A DNA stretch of 62,605 nt from Octopus bimaculoides (lineage: Eukaryota): positions 2,185,091 through 2,247,695 of the forward strand of contig NC_069001.1 of NCBI RefSeq assembly GCF_001194135.2. The letters are read 5' to 3'. The translations under genes were made by a program, and so were the position numbers. A model generated the notes under the pieces. That model ran no database searches and was not told the origin of the DNA. It was given only the letters and a program-made list of their open reading frames with translations. Position 1 is the first letter of the stretch. Every line of letters starts with the position of its first letter. Shown piece by piece: positions 1-11,310 of this stretch.

Positions 1-195
1 ACCACCACCACCACCACCACCACCACCATGCTCCTTGTAGTTGTCTTAATGTCCACTTTTTGATGCATGCAATAAGGACAGAAGGATTTCGTTGGGGACA
101 AACCTTCCATGGCTGGATGCCGTTTCCTTATGCCAAACACTTACTGGTTTCCAAGCTCCATAATGACGATATTTCCTTACATCGGATCATGTTTC

Positions 196-485
196 CATGA
201 ATGACCATGGGATTGCACCTAGAAAGTTCCCCTCCGAGGTACAACTCCAGACAAGGTTGCTTATGGAAGATCAGCAGTCGCCCATCCATACCAGCCTCCC
301 CTCTCCATGCCACTGATGTTATCCATGGGAAAGGCAAAGGGGACGATACAGCTTGGTACATCACAACTCACTTCTACAGCTGAGTGAACTGAAAGAACAT
401 GAAATAAAGTGTCTTGCTCAAGAACACAACACACAGCCCAGTCTGGGATTTGAACTCACTACCTCATGATTGTGAGCCCAACACT
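196..485 (-). mobile_element. Family D tRNA-headed SINE-like element (long 3' variant)
   Basis: Plus strand reads cagctgagtgaactg...aaataaagtgtcttgctcaagaacacaac...gggatttgaactcac (reverse B-box). The 3' part gaccatgggattgcacctagaaag recurs near 45085-45110. Confidence 0.75.
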
Positions 486-840
486 CGCTGTACAAATAAC
501 AGAGACCCTGAAAAAGTTTTTGCCCTTGCCATCTGAGCAGCTAGTATTTCACAAAATGGGTGTGTCTATAAGAAACCCTTTCTAGGTACGCTAACCCCCT
601 AACCCCGTCTGCCATCATAATTTTATTCATGGGAATTTAGACTCTGAAATAATTGTCACCACCACAACAGACACACAAAGGGACATTCAGAGAGGATTAA
701 CAAAGTATCTCTCTCAGACTTCAACTGTATTCCGTGTAGTGTATTACAATGAATGACAGTGGCTCTCAGTTGTAAATGTATGGTGAGCCGGTGAGAAAGT
801 ATGATAGCTTGTGTATGTTTGTATGTGTATGTATGGGAAA

Positions 841-927
841 GAGAGAGAGAGAAAGAGAGAGAGAGAGAAAGAGAGAGAGAGAAGAACAGGAGTCAGAAGA
901 GAAAAGGAATAGAAAGTTGTAGGGGAT

Positions 928-972
<45 letters not shown>
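841..972. repeat. (GA)n polypurine microsatellite
   Basis: Direct reading. Confidence 0.95.
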
Positions 973-975
<3 letters not shown>

Positions 976-1844
976 GTAGTGGTGGTGGTAGTGGTGGTGG
1001 AGGTGGTAAGGAAATGGTAATTATAAGAAGCTTCCCCCCTCCCCTCCCCGCATACCATCCACCCAATCAGTCAACCATCCAACCCTCAGGTAGTTGGCAG
1101 CCAATTTCGCAGTGCTGGGTGCTTCGTTAAGCTGGCCAATAACAATCAGCTAATTAGCCGACCATCACAGCAATTATTACTGCAACTCTGTAGAATGGAA
1201 CACTAATTAGGCATCTGTCACAGGGAGTCACCTGTAGCCAAGTAGGATGGGTGGGGGGAGGGGCAGAGACGGCTCAGAGTGATGGTGGTGGTAGAGATGG
1301 CTGGAGGCAGCAGCGAAGATGGATGGTGATGAAGGTGGTGATGATGATGATGATGAAGGTGGTGGTGGTGGTGGTGGTGATGGTGAAAGTGATAATGAAT
1401 GTGGCATTGATTGTAGCGGAGGTGATGCTGCAGTTGTTGTTGTTGTTGGTGGTGGTGGTGGTGGTAGCGGACAAGGGTGATGGTTGTTGTTGCTGTTGTT
1501 GTGGTTACAGAAACCTTGGCAGCAATGAACCGCCACTCATGACTGTTACTTCATAACCCTCAGGTCATGCTCTGACCTAGCAGTCATCACAACAAGCTAC
1601 CATCCCCTCCCCTGGGGCCAAATTCCCCAGTTATATCCTCTCCCCCACTGTGCACCATATTGCACACCCTGACATGCACCGAAGAACCCCACACAGTGCA
1701 ATGTAACAGCCCAGACACACTGCACTCTCTCCAATGTCCACTGTATTTCTGCAATGTCCACTAGATTATAGTTATGGCCACAACAGAGAGAGACAAGGTG
1801 GACTTGGCCACAGGACCACATGGTCACAGTTGCTGTCCTTTATT

Positions 1845-2245
1845 AAAGCACATAAAAAGCACCTTTCGAGTATTGGGTCACACGGAGGCAAAATGGTCAA
1901 GGCTCGTGGCACATGAAATGCACCTTTCGAGTGTTGAACCTCACGGAGGCAGTGATGAATGATCGAGACCTTTGGCATTATGCTGGTGCTTGAGAAGAAG
2001 ACCCATCAAGCCAAGTAAAATCGCAATCGTGGCAGATACCGGTGTCACGCAAATGTCACCCATGCTGGTGGCACGTAAAAGCACCCATTGCACTCTTGGA
2101 GTGGTTGGCGTTAGAAAGGGCATCAAGCTGTAGAAACCAGACTGGAGTTTGGTGCAGCCTTCCAGCTTACCAGCCCTGGTCAGACTGTCCAACCCATGCC
2201 AGCATGGACAATGGACGCTAAATGATGATGATGATGGGGAGGAGG
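1845..2245 (+). mobile_element. Family C (GAT)n-tailed retroposon copy with internal repeated modules
   Basis: ggcacgtaaaagcaccc...gagtggttggcgttag(a/g)aagggcatc...gctgtagaaa...tccaacccatgccagcatgga...(gat)n. The cac(a/g)t-aaa-gcacc motif occurs three times. Confidence 0.85.
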
Positions 2246-2271
2246 ATGATGATGATGATGAATGGCTATGA

Positions 2272-2720
2272 CTGACAAAACACTTTTCCCTCTCCTCAGA
2301 TACATAAAGAGAAATGTGCTCACACACATAAATAGGGAGAGAGAAAGAGAGAGAGAGAGAGAGGGAGAAACAAAGAGAGAGAAAGGGAGAAACAAAGAGA
2401 GAGAAAGGGAGAAACAAAAGGTAAGATTACAATTTATTAATTGAACGTGATTGACAAACAACACTTCCCCTCCTCGTTTACACAAATAGAAATAGGCTCA
2501 CATATAAACAGAGAGAGAGAGAAAACAGAAGGGCAAAGAGAGGGAGGGGGGAGAGAGGGGGGAAGGAAAATAGAAAGAGTGAAAGTCAGAGATTACAATT
2601 AATTAATTCATATAATTAGACATAAACTCTTTCAGCCTCCTCAGACACATAAAGAGAAATAAATTTAAACGCATAAACAGAGCTGAGAGGGAATGAGAGA
2701 GAGGGAGAGGGATCAAATGA
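2272..2720 (+). repeat. Three degenerate tandem units (about 170-180 bp) each containing a GA tract
   Basis: Recurring ctcctcaga(t/c)acataaagagaaat, cacataaa(t/c)ag-(GA)n and agattacaatt(t/a)attaatt blocks. Confidence 0.65.
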
Positions 2721-2841
2721 AGAACATTAAAACGTCTGAGGTCAAATAAGTCAGCATTGAATCAGTAATGCCATAATAGGTGGCATCAAAATACCTGCAA
2801 CCAAAATATCTCATATCCATCATCAAAGAGCTCAAAAGTGT

Positions 2842-2897
<56 letters not shown>

Positions 2898-2902
<5 letters not shown>

Positions 2903-3152
2903 TGTTGCTTTTATGTTAAACTATCGTATGTCCAAATTTGGCCAAATGTGCTTTTTACAATTTTTAAGTTTGCTTGCAATAGCTGGTTCTTTTGGTCAAA
3001 CTGTCGTATCTCCAGCTGCTTCGGATGCCAAGATATCAAAATTTGTCAAAGAGTAGTAGAATGGTTTTGCTATGGAATGGTGAAACTATTTTTCCGTTTT
3101 CTGAAAAAAGCAATGTTTTGGACTTACGACACTTTTGCATATTAGCAACGAT
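2898..3152. mobile_element. Possible MITE-like insert between TA runs
   Basis: Unique 255 bp flanked by TA runs. The ends ctcttgttgcttttatg and catattagcaacga are imperfect inverted repeats. Confidence 0.3.
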
Positions 3153-4024
3153 ATATAAAAAAATATATATATATACGCACAAACGCAATTATAAATAAGG
3201 GCAAAAGAAAAAAATTTTCTTTTGCCCTTATTTACACATACAGATACATCACACATGTATATACATACACACACACATATATATATATATACACACACAC
3301 ATATATATATATACACACACACATATATATATATACACACACACATATATATATATACACACACACACTCACATATATACACATACACAAAAACATACGA
3401 AATTGAAATTTCTTCATAGATGGACAATCAAAGACACACACACACACACACAACAGATTTTACACATACATGCATACACGTGCATACACGTGTATACACA
3501 CACACACACACACACAGGCAAAGAAAGAATCCACCTATGACATCAAGGAAATACTGTATTGTTCATTTCCACCTCACCCTTTTTCAACGCCACCACCATC
3601 ACCACCATCACCACCACCACCACCACCACCACCAATGCCACCTCATCCACCACCACCATCACCACAANNNNNNNNNNNNNNNNNNNNNNNNNNNNNNNNN
3701 NNNNNNNNNNNNNNNNNNNNNNNNNNNNNNNNNNNNNNNNNNNNNNNNNNNNNNNNNNNNNNNNNNNNNNNNNNNNNNNNNNNNNNNNNNNNNNNNNNNN
3801 NNNNNNNNNNNNNNNNNNNNNNNNNNNNNNTGTCCGGATGTTTTTCTTGGCGCCAATCTCCACTTGTTTCCAAGTAGGGGTTGGCGACAGAAATCTATCA
3901 GTCGATCACACAGCACGTTTTATGTGGAAAACTGGGAATAAAGAATGTTGTATGAACGAGCCTTTTGTTTACAACTCTGCAAACAGACATGAAGACAAGG
4001 GACATAAAATATCACGTACACACT

Positions 4025-4061
<37 letters not shown>

Positions 4062-4234
4062 TATATACACGTATCTGATGAAAATTTTTTTCATTTTCCA
4101 ATGACCAAATTAACTCCCAAAGCTTGGGGTAGCCGGGGCAACACTGAGCTAAGTTTTAAGCAAAATGAGCATGTGGTTAGGGCACATGGTAAATGGTTTA
4201 CAGTACAAAAGAAATCACTTGTTAAAATAATATT

Positions 4235-4745
4235 CAAAGTTAACCTCAGCAGAATTTGAACTCAGAGTGTAAAGACAGATGAAATTGCCACAAAGCATTT
4301 TGTCCTGCGTGCTAACGGTGCAGCCAGCTCACTGCTTTGGAAAGCATGATTAATAACAGTCGTTTCTAGCAGAGGTAAGAGGTTGGAAATTTGGGGGAAT
4401 AGGTCAACTGATTTAATTGGCCCCTAATATCTGACTAGTACTTTGTTGTATCAACCCTGAAAAGCTGAAGAGCAAAGATGAGCTTGGAGGGATTTGAACT
4501 CAGAACACTAAGAGATGGATGATTCCACCACCTGATTGTTACCAAAACAAAATAAAAATGGTTTCCAATTTTGGCACAAGGCCAGCAATTTAGTGGGAGG
4601 GGGTAAATTGACTACATCAACCCCACCAGAATACAACTGGTACTTCTTTTATCAACCCCCAAAAAAGGGATGAAAGGCAAAAGTTGACCTCAGCAACATT
4701 TGAACTTGGAATGTAAAGGCGGACGAAATGCCGCTAAGTGGTCAG
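4235..4745 (-). mobile_element. Three consecutive family B SINE copies (tRNA head plus gcctttcatcc...gtcgataaaataagtacc-type core)
   Basis: Repeated (a/g)atttgaactcag / atttgaacttgg (reverse B-box) and aaaggcaaa(a)gttgacctc motifs near 4255, 4495 and 4700. Confidence 0.8.
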
Positions 4746-5089
4746 ATTAGTGTAACTAACTAGGTCGCCTCTTACCCACCACCGCCGCCGCCACCACCAC
4801 GATTACAACAATGACCACCACTTTGGCTCTGATCAGATAAGCAGCACTAGAGAAGGAGAGGAGAGAAGTGTAGGGGGTGGTGGCGCCAAGATGCAGGATG
4901 TATCACTATGTAAGTGCTATAGAGTGCAGGATCACTCACGCACCCCCCCTTCTCGCTCTCCTTTGTTCATCCTGCTGTTATCTTAGACAACCACAGCTTC
5001 TTCAGTTTTCTCTTTGTTTATTGTTGCTGCTGCTGCTGATGTTGTCCATAGCAGAGTTGTTGTTGTTGTTGTTGTTGTAATTGTTGTTT

Positions 5090-5820
5090 CTGGGCCCCAG
5101 GTCAATTAAAACCATGATCAAGCCGACCACATATTAGAAGCATTCAAGGTCTTAGATGCAGCTAAGACAACATTATCCAAGGCCCTTTCTTATATTCAAG
5201 ACAGTAGGGAATTAGCTGAGCGGGACTTAGCTGCTATTTCTAGGAAGTTGAGCAAATGAATGCCAGCTCACTAGTTTGGCTCAAACCATATTACTGTTGT
5301 TTATAGGGCTTATCCTCAGATGAGCCCTGATCAAGCTGATCTCTGATGAAATCAAAGACTTCCCAGCTGCCACCATGCACTCTTTTCATCTGGCATAGTG
5401 TAGCTAGGATCACATTATTTAATATGCTTTTGGGGTTTTTCTTTTTCCTTTAAAAAAAAGAAGGTTCAAATTTAAAAGAGATTTGGCTTCTATTTTCAGG
5501 AGTCTGAGCAAATCGCATGGATGCTTCCACGTTGGGGTCATACAGTATTGTTGCAGTTGATGTTCTTGTTGTTGTTGTTATAGTTGTTGAAACTGATCCT
5601 AAGATCATCACCGACCAAGCTCATCCATGATACGACCAATAACTTTGCAGCTGTGACCTGGGGAACTTCTCTATTCAGACATAACGTATCTGTATCTAAG
5701 ACTACAACATCCACACCATTTTTTTTTCTCCTCTTCATTTTTTTAAAGTCTGTTAAGACGAGATCTAAGAGAGACTTGGCTGCTATTGCTAGCAAGCCAA
5801 GAGTCCATGTAGGGATTGTA
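5090..5820 (-). mobile_element. Three tandem copies of family E ((AAC)n-tailed) repeat
   Basis: Each roughly 230-250 bp unit runs from a gatcaagc(t/c)gac-like block to ga(g/c)(a/t)(c/t)tt(a/g)gct(g/t)cta(t)tt. Two of the three start with a (TTG)n tract. Confidence 0.7.
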
Positions 5821-6384
5821 TAAAAAAAAAAATTATCAAAATATATTTTGTGTATTTGGCAGAAACTTAAGCAATTTTTATGGCTCATAAAATTTCCCAA
5901 CAAAAGTCTTATATGGACCCTAGAAAAGGGTCTTGTGCACCGTGGTGAGAAACACTACTTGACATGGTGGCCTGGCCAGCTAGAAATAGCAGTTAAAACT
6001 CTTGCTAACACTGGCATTGAAGTTAATGAGATGATGATGATGATGACAACGATACTTCAGGCAATAACGCTAATGATGATAGTAATGATGATGATGATGG
6101 TGAAGATGATGATAATGGTAGTGGTGGTGGTGGTGGTGGTGGTGGTGGTGGCGATGGTGATGGAGGTGGTGTGGAGGTTCAATCTGAAGAATTGTCATTT
6201 AAAGTATTGTTGTTGATAATTCTTCCTGCTAAAGGCACAAGGAGTGAAATTATGGGGGAGGGTGTAAGGCAATTACATTGACCCCTTTCTCTCAGTGCAT
6301 AACAGGTACTCATTTTACCAAGTCCAACCACAAAAAAGGGCAAAGTTGACTACATTGAATAATATAGCCCTAAATACTCAAAAA

Positions 6385-6485
6385 CGACAAGGCAGGATGG
6401 TCGTGATTGGAACTCCTTTGAACATAAATCTGTTTGATGAAGGCTGACCCAGGGTCTGAAAAATTATCAACAACAGCAACAGCAA
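6385..6485 (+). mobile_element. Family E 3' fragment
   Basis: ggatggtcgtgattggaa...gatgaaggctgacccaggg...(aac)n, opposite in orientation to 5090-5820. Confidence 0.6.
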
Positions 6486-6604
6486 TGAGAAGAACAAATC
6501 TGTTCCAGTGTGGAGGCACCAGCAAACCTGATGCGAATGTATTAAAGTTATTCCAGTTACGATGGAATCTAGCTAAATACTCGTTATTTTTAGCTTCCTC
6601 ATCA

Positions 6605-6618
6605 GTTGCCTGGGAAAC
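6605..6618. promoter_or_regulatory. RFX X-box-like motif GTTGCCTGGGAAAC
   Basis: Matches the RFX-type GTTRCC-NN-RGNAAC pattern in a non-repeat island. Confidence 0.35.
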
Positions 6619-7907
6619 AGGAATGATCTGGCAATTCCGGAAATCTATACTACGTGTATGGAGTGTAGATGTAGCCGTGTGTGTGTGTGTGTGTGTTTGG
6701 GTGAGAGAGAGAGAAAGAGAAAGAGAGACTACATGTGTGTGGTACAGATGTAGCTGTGTGTGTGTGTGTGAGAGAGAGAGGGAATGGGGGAAAGACAGAG
6801 GGGGAGGAAAAGAGGTAGAGAAAGAGGGAGTGGGAATGGGGAGAGAAACAGAGAGAGGGAATGGGGGAAAGAGAGTGGTGGGGAGACAGGGAATGGGGAA
6901 AGAGAGAGAGAGACAGAGGAAAGGAGAGAGATGTCTATAATACAGAAGTAGCAGTGTGAGAGAGAGAGGGAGAGAGAGAGAGAGAGAGAGTTGTTGAGAG
7001 GGAGAGAAAAAACAGAGCAGACAGGAAAGAGGGGGAGAAATAAAGGGAAAGAATGGAGAGAAAGGAGGGACAACGAGAGAAAGANNNNNNNNNNNNNNNN
7101 NNNNNNNNNNNNNNNNNNNNNNNNNNNNNNNNNNNNNNNNNNNNNNNNNNNNNNNNNNNNNNNNNNNNNNNNNNNNNNNNNNNNNNNNNNNNNNNNNNNN
7201 NNNNNNNNNNNNNNNNNNNNNNNNNNNNNNNNNNNNNNNNNNNNNNNNNNNNNNNNNNNNNNNNNNNNNNNNNNNNNNNNNNNNNNNNNNNNNNNNNNNN
7301 NNNNNNNNNNNNNNNNNNNNNNNNNNNNNNNNNNNNNNNNNNNNNNNNNNNNNNNNNNNNNNNNNNNNNNNNNNNNNNNNNNNNNNNNNNNNNNNNNNNN
7401 NNNNNNNNNNNNNNNNNNNNNNNNNNNNNNNNNNNNNNNNNNNNNNNNNNNNNNNNNNNNNNNNNNNNNNNNNNNNNNNNNNNNNNNNNNNNNNNNNNNN
7501 NNNNNNNNNNNNNNNNNNNNNNNNNNNNNNNNNNNNNNNNNNNNNNNNNNNNNNNNNNNNNNNNNNNNNNNNNNNNNNNNNNNNNNNNNNNNNNNNNNNN
7601 NNNNNNNNNNNNNNNNNNNNNNNNNNNNNNNNNNNNCACCACCACCACCACCACCACCACCACCAATAATCCCACCGACAGCAACATCCCCATCCCCATA
7701 GCCACCATCATCATTTTTTCCCTCTTTTCCCAAGTGAAGCAAGTCATATAGCTTTCTGGTTGGCTGACCACAGCAAGTCAAGCATTCCGGTTCAGCGACT
7801 GCAACAGACTTAACCACTTTAAGTTGGGGGTGGGGTGGGGTGGAGGTGCCCCACCGCCGCTGCCATCGCCATCATCAACTAATTGTTCCGTGTGCTGTCA
7901 TACTTAC

Positions 7908-7997
7908 ATGTGTTGCATGAGAACCATAAACGGTTCCACCATGGTACCATTCCAGTGCAGGCTAGTTTGACCCAGCTTATATTCTTGCTGAGGTCAG
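7908..7997 (-). CDS. Candidate internal exon of an unidentified gene (DLSKNISWVKLACTGMVPWWNRLWFSCNT, or QEYKLGQTSLHWNGTMVEPFMVLMQH from an acceptor at 7987)
   Basis: Minus-strand donor ACAT|gtaagtat, acceptor ccatttcag|, 90 nt, open frame, non-repeat sequence. Confidence 0.35.
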
Positions 7998-8369
7998 CTG
8001 AAATGGCAGACATCTCCCACTTGGAATGTCTGCTTCTTTTGTAACCTGGTCTGGCAGCCATGGCTGTGTGGTTATAAAGATTGATTCCCAACCATGTGGT
8101 TTTGGGTTCAGTTCCACTGTGTGGTACCTTGAAGCAAGTGTCTTCTAGAGAAGCTCTGGGACAACTAAAGCTTTGTGAGTGAATTTGGCAGATAGAAACT
8201 GCCAATGCCCATCATGTATATACGTATGTCCCAGTTGCCAGGAATGTGGTTATTCAGTAAAATTGGTAATTCCAATTATCTTATGCTGCTATATTTAGTG
8301 TCTGTTTCAGCAGTGCGTTCCTGGATAGCTAATGGGTTGGATGTAATAAAAACCATAAAGTTACCTTCT

Positions 8370-8592
8370 AAAATCACACTGACTCATAAGGGCCGGTTTC
8401 CCAGTTTCATGGCGTATATATTCCCCTCCAGGATGAGATGCCAGTCCATCACAGGATAACTCATTTTTGCCAGCTGAGTGGACTGAAGCAATGTGAAATG
8501 AAGTGGTTTGCTACAAGAACACGACATGTCGCCCAGTCCGGGAATCGAAACCACAATCTTATGATCATGAGTCCAACACCCTTAGTACCAGT
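8370..8592 (-). mobile_element. Family D tRNA-headed SINE-like element
   Basis: cagctgagtggactg...gggaatcgaaaccacaatc (reverse B-box). The internal ccaggatgagatgccagtccatcaca resembles the reverse of a V-SINE-type domain. Confidence 0.75.
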
Positions 8593-8868
8593 TTGATGTG
8601 AGGAGCAGGAGGAGGGATCAGGATGTTTATCAAATTGCCCTCCCTTCCACCTGCCACTCCCTCTACCATCAACACCACAGCCATTACCGCCTCCACTGCC
8701 TCCCCCACCACCTTTATAACTAAGATGTGGTACCATACTGGAGTAGCTGACAAAAGTGCAAATGATCACAGCTGGTGCATTGAAGTGTGCACACAGATGT
8801 GCATATTCAAATGCAAACATGCAAATTTGTATGTAAGAAATAATAAAACACACTATACATATATATAT

Positions 8869-8994
8869 TAAGCAAGCTTCTTACCACACAGTTACGCCAA
8901 TATATCTATCTATCTATACATATATATATATATATATATATATGTATAGATAGATAGATATATTGGCGTAACTGTGTGGTAAGAAGCTTGCTTA
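8869..8994. repeat. Perfect 126-bp palindrome centred on (TA)11
   Basis: taagcaagcttcttaccacacagttacgccaatatatctatctatctataca-(TA)11-tgtatagatagatagatatattggcgtaactgtgtggtaagaagcttgctta, checked base by base. Confidence 0.95.
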
Positions 8995-9306
8995 CCAACC
9001 ACATGGTTCCGAGTTCAATCCCATTGCGTGGTACCTTGGGCAAGTGTCTTCTACTATAGCTTCAGGCCGACCAAAGCCTTCTGAGTGGTATGTTTATGTG
9101 TGTGTTTGTATTTGTCCCCCTATCATTGCTTGACAACCGATACTGGTGTGTTTATGTCCCCATAACCTAGCAGTTCGGCAAAAGAAACTGATAAATATGT
9201 ACTAGACTTAGAAAGAATAAGTCCTGGGATCAATTTCTTCAGCTAAAACGCTTTATGGCAGTGCTCCAGCATGGCCACAATCAAATGACTGAAAGAAGTA
9301 AAAGAA
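8965..9306 (+). mobile_element. Near full-length family A CORE-type SINE (tRNA head, CORE-like domain, internal TG tract, 3' domain)
   Basis: B-box-like gagttcaatccc, CORE-like accttgggcaagtgtcttc, and 3' gtgctccagcatggcc...gactgaaagaagtaaaaga. It resembles octopus OR-type CORE-SINEs. Confidence 0.85.
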
Positions 9307-10169
9307 TTTGAAAATGTATACACACACACACATACAGACACACACACATACAAACAACAAACCGTTTCCAACACAACTGCATCACCACAACAGCTGCCAT
9401 ACACCACCACCACCACCACCACCACCAACAGTACCAGCACAACTGCTACTACCAACACTANNNNNNNNNNNNNNNNNNNNNNNNNNNNNNNNNNNNNNNN
9501 NNNNNNNNNNNNNNNNNNNNNNNNNNNNNNNNNNNNNNNNNNNNNNNNNNNNNNNNNNNNNNNNNNNNNNNNNNNNNNNNNNNNNNNNNNNNNNNNNNNN
9601 NNNNNNNNNNNNNNNNNNNNNNNNNNNNNNNNNNNNNNNNNNNNNNNNNNNNNNNNNNNNNNNNNNNNNNNNNNNNNNNNNNNNNNNNNNNNNNNNNNNN
9701 NNNNNNNNNNNNNNNNNNNNNNNNNNNNNNNNNNNNNNNNNNNNNNNNNNNNNNNNNNNNNNNNNNNNNNNNNNNNNNNNNNNNNNNNNNNNNNNNNNNN
9801 NNNNNNNNNNNNNNNNNNNNNNNNNNNNNNNNNNNNNNNNCATCTACCAACCACTACCACCACCACCACCACCACCATTAACCAATTAACCATCACCACC
9901 ACGGCTGCAGCCACTGTCCATGCCTCTGCTGCCAACACTACCGCCCCTTCCCCTCCCTCCCAGCCCACCCCCATACCTCACTGGTTTAACACCATTTAAC
10001 ACTCACTAAACTACCTATTCATAGTCACCGTTTGAACTCTGCTCCCCAGAACACTGCCAGGCTAGCAATCTGCTCCATCTAAATATATATGCCTTGGTTG
10101 CTGCTGTTCTTGTTGTTGTTGTTATCATCATTATCATCATCATCAGCAGCAGCATAGTTAAACTGGCAT

Positions 10170-10398
10170 TCGGTCAGTTACGAGGAGGAGGGTTTCCAGT
10201 CGATCCAATCAACGGAACAGCCTGCTTCATGAAATTAACGTGCAAGTGGCCGATCGCTCTACACTTTTGCCTGCTGAGTGGACTGGAGTGAATGAAAAAT
10301 AAAGTATCTTGCTCAAGGACACAAGGTACCACTGGAAATCAAACTCACGATCTTCTGATCAGGAGCTGAGCACCCTAACCACTGAGCCATCTGTCTTC
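10170..10398 (-). mobile_element. Family D SINE (variant tail)
   Basis: gctgagtggactggag...gtatcttgctcaaggacac...ccctaaccactgagcc. The tail gatc(c)aatcaacggaacagcc recurs near 25650. Confidence 0.7.
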
Positions 10399-10404
10399 GC
10401 ATCA

Positions 10405-10680
10405 TCATCGTCGTTTAGCGTCCGCTTTCCATGCTAGCATGGGTTGGACGATTTGACTGAGGACTGGTGAACCGGATGGCAACACCAGACTCCAATCTGA
10501 TTTGGCAGAGTTTCTACAGCTGGATGCCCTTCCTAACACCAACCACTCCGAGAGTGTAGCGGGTGCTTTTACATGCCACCGGCACGAGGGCCAGTCAAGC
10601 AGTACTGGCGACGGCTATGCTCAAAATGGGTGTATTTTACGTGCCACCTGCACAGGAGCCAGTCCAGCGGCACTAGATGA
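10405..10680 (-). mobile_element. Family C copy (young subfamily)
   Basis: Reverse complement closely matches 32705-32860 and 44567-44710 (ccagtcctcagtcaaatcgtccaacccatgctagcatggaaagcggacg). Confidence 0.9.
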
Positions 10681-10849
10681 ACAAATCGGTAGAGCATCAG
10701 GAAAAATTCAACTGGGGTCAATTTAGTTTTGTATCCTTACTTGTAGGATCAATAATATAAAAGCTGGTACAAATAGCTGTTTCTACTTTAGGGTCAAGGC
10801 CAACAAATTAGGGAACAACGAAATAAGGGCCAGTGAATTAAATAGACTT

Positions 10850-11310
10850 TAGTTATAGTGTGATCACAGCTGGAAGAATTTTTGATCATGGTTCATTGGA
10901 TCAGATATGCAAAAAGTTGAGATAGTCACGGCTGGAGCATCTTTGATCATAGTTCTGTTGGGTCAGCACTGAGTCCTAGATATCTCAAAACAGGTGAGAT
11001 GGTCACAGGTGGAATTAAAACATCTTTGATCACAGTTCAGCTGGACCAGGGGGTGAGCTAGGTCCTAGCTAAATAAAATGGTGAGTTGGTCATAGCTCTG
11101 CTAGATCGCCACTGTGTTTAAGTCCCAGGTATACAAAAAGGTGAGATGATCACAGATGGATACTCTTTTACCCATAGCTCCACTGGACCAGGCGTCAGCT
11201 AGGTCTTAGCTATAACAAAAAGATGATGTGATCACAGCTGAAACATCTTGGGTCATAGTTCAGCTGGATCAGGACTCAGGCATTAGCTATACGAAAAAAA
11301 ATGAGACGGT
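10850..11310 (+). repeat. Degenerate tandem array of about 6-7 units (60-88 bp) of a family E subunit
   Basis: Recurring aaaa(a)ggtgagat(g)(g/a)tcacag(c/g/a)tgga...atctttgatca(t/c)agttc...ggtcctagct. Confidence 0.75.

Noticed and set aside
3831-4026. Unique-looking segment after a gap with partly open frames
   Set aside because: The upstream boundary is hidden by N, and the minus-strand acceptors mostly lead to stops, so it cannot be supported.
5538-5903. Protein-like minus ORF (...DVVVLDTDTLCLNREVPQ...)
   Set aside because: It lies within a family E repeat copy.
8965-9050. tRNA genes at A/B-box-like motifs (here and in other SINE heads)
   Set aside because: No complete cloverleaf is evident, and each head runs straight into a SINE body.
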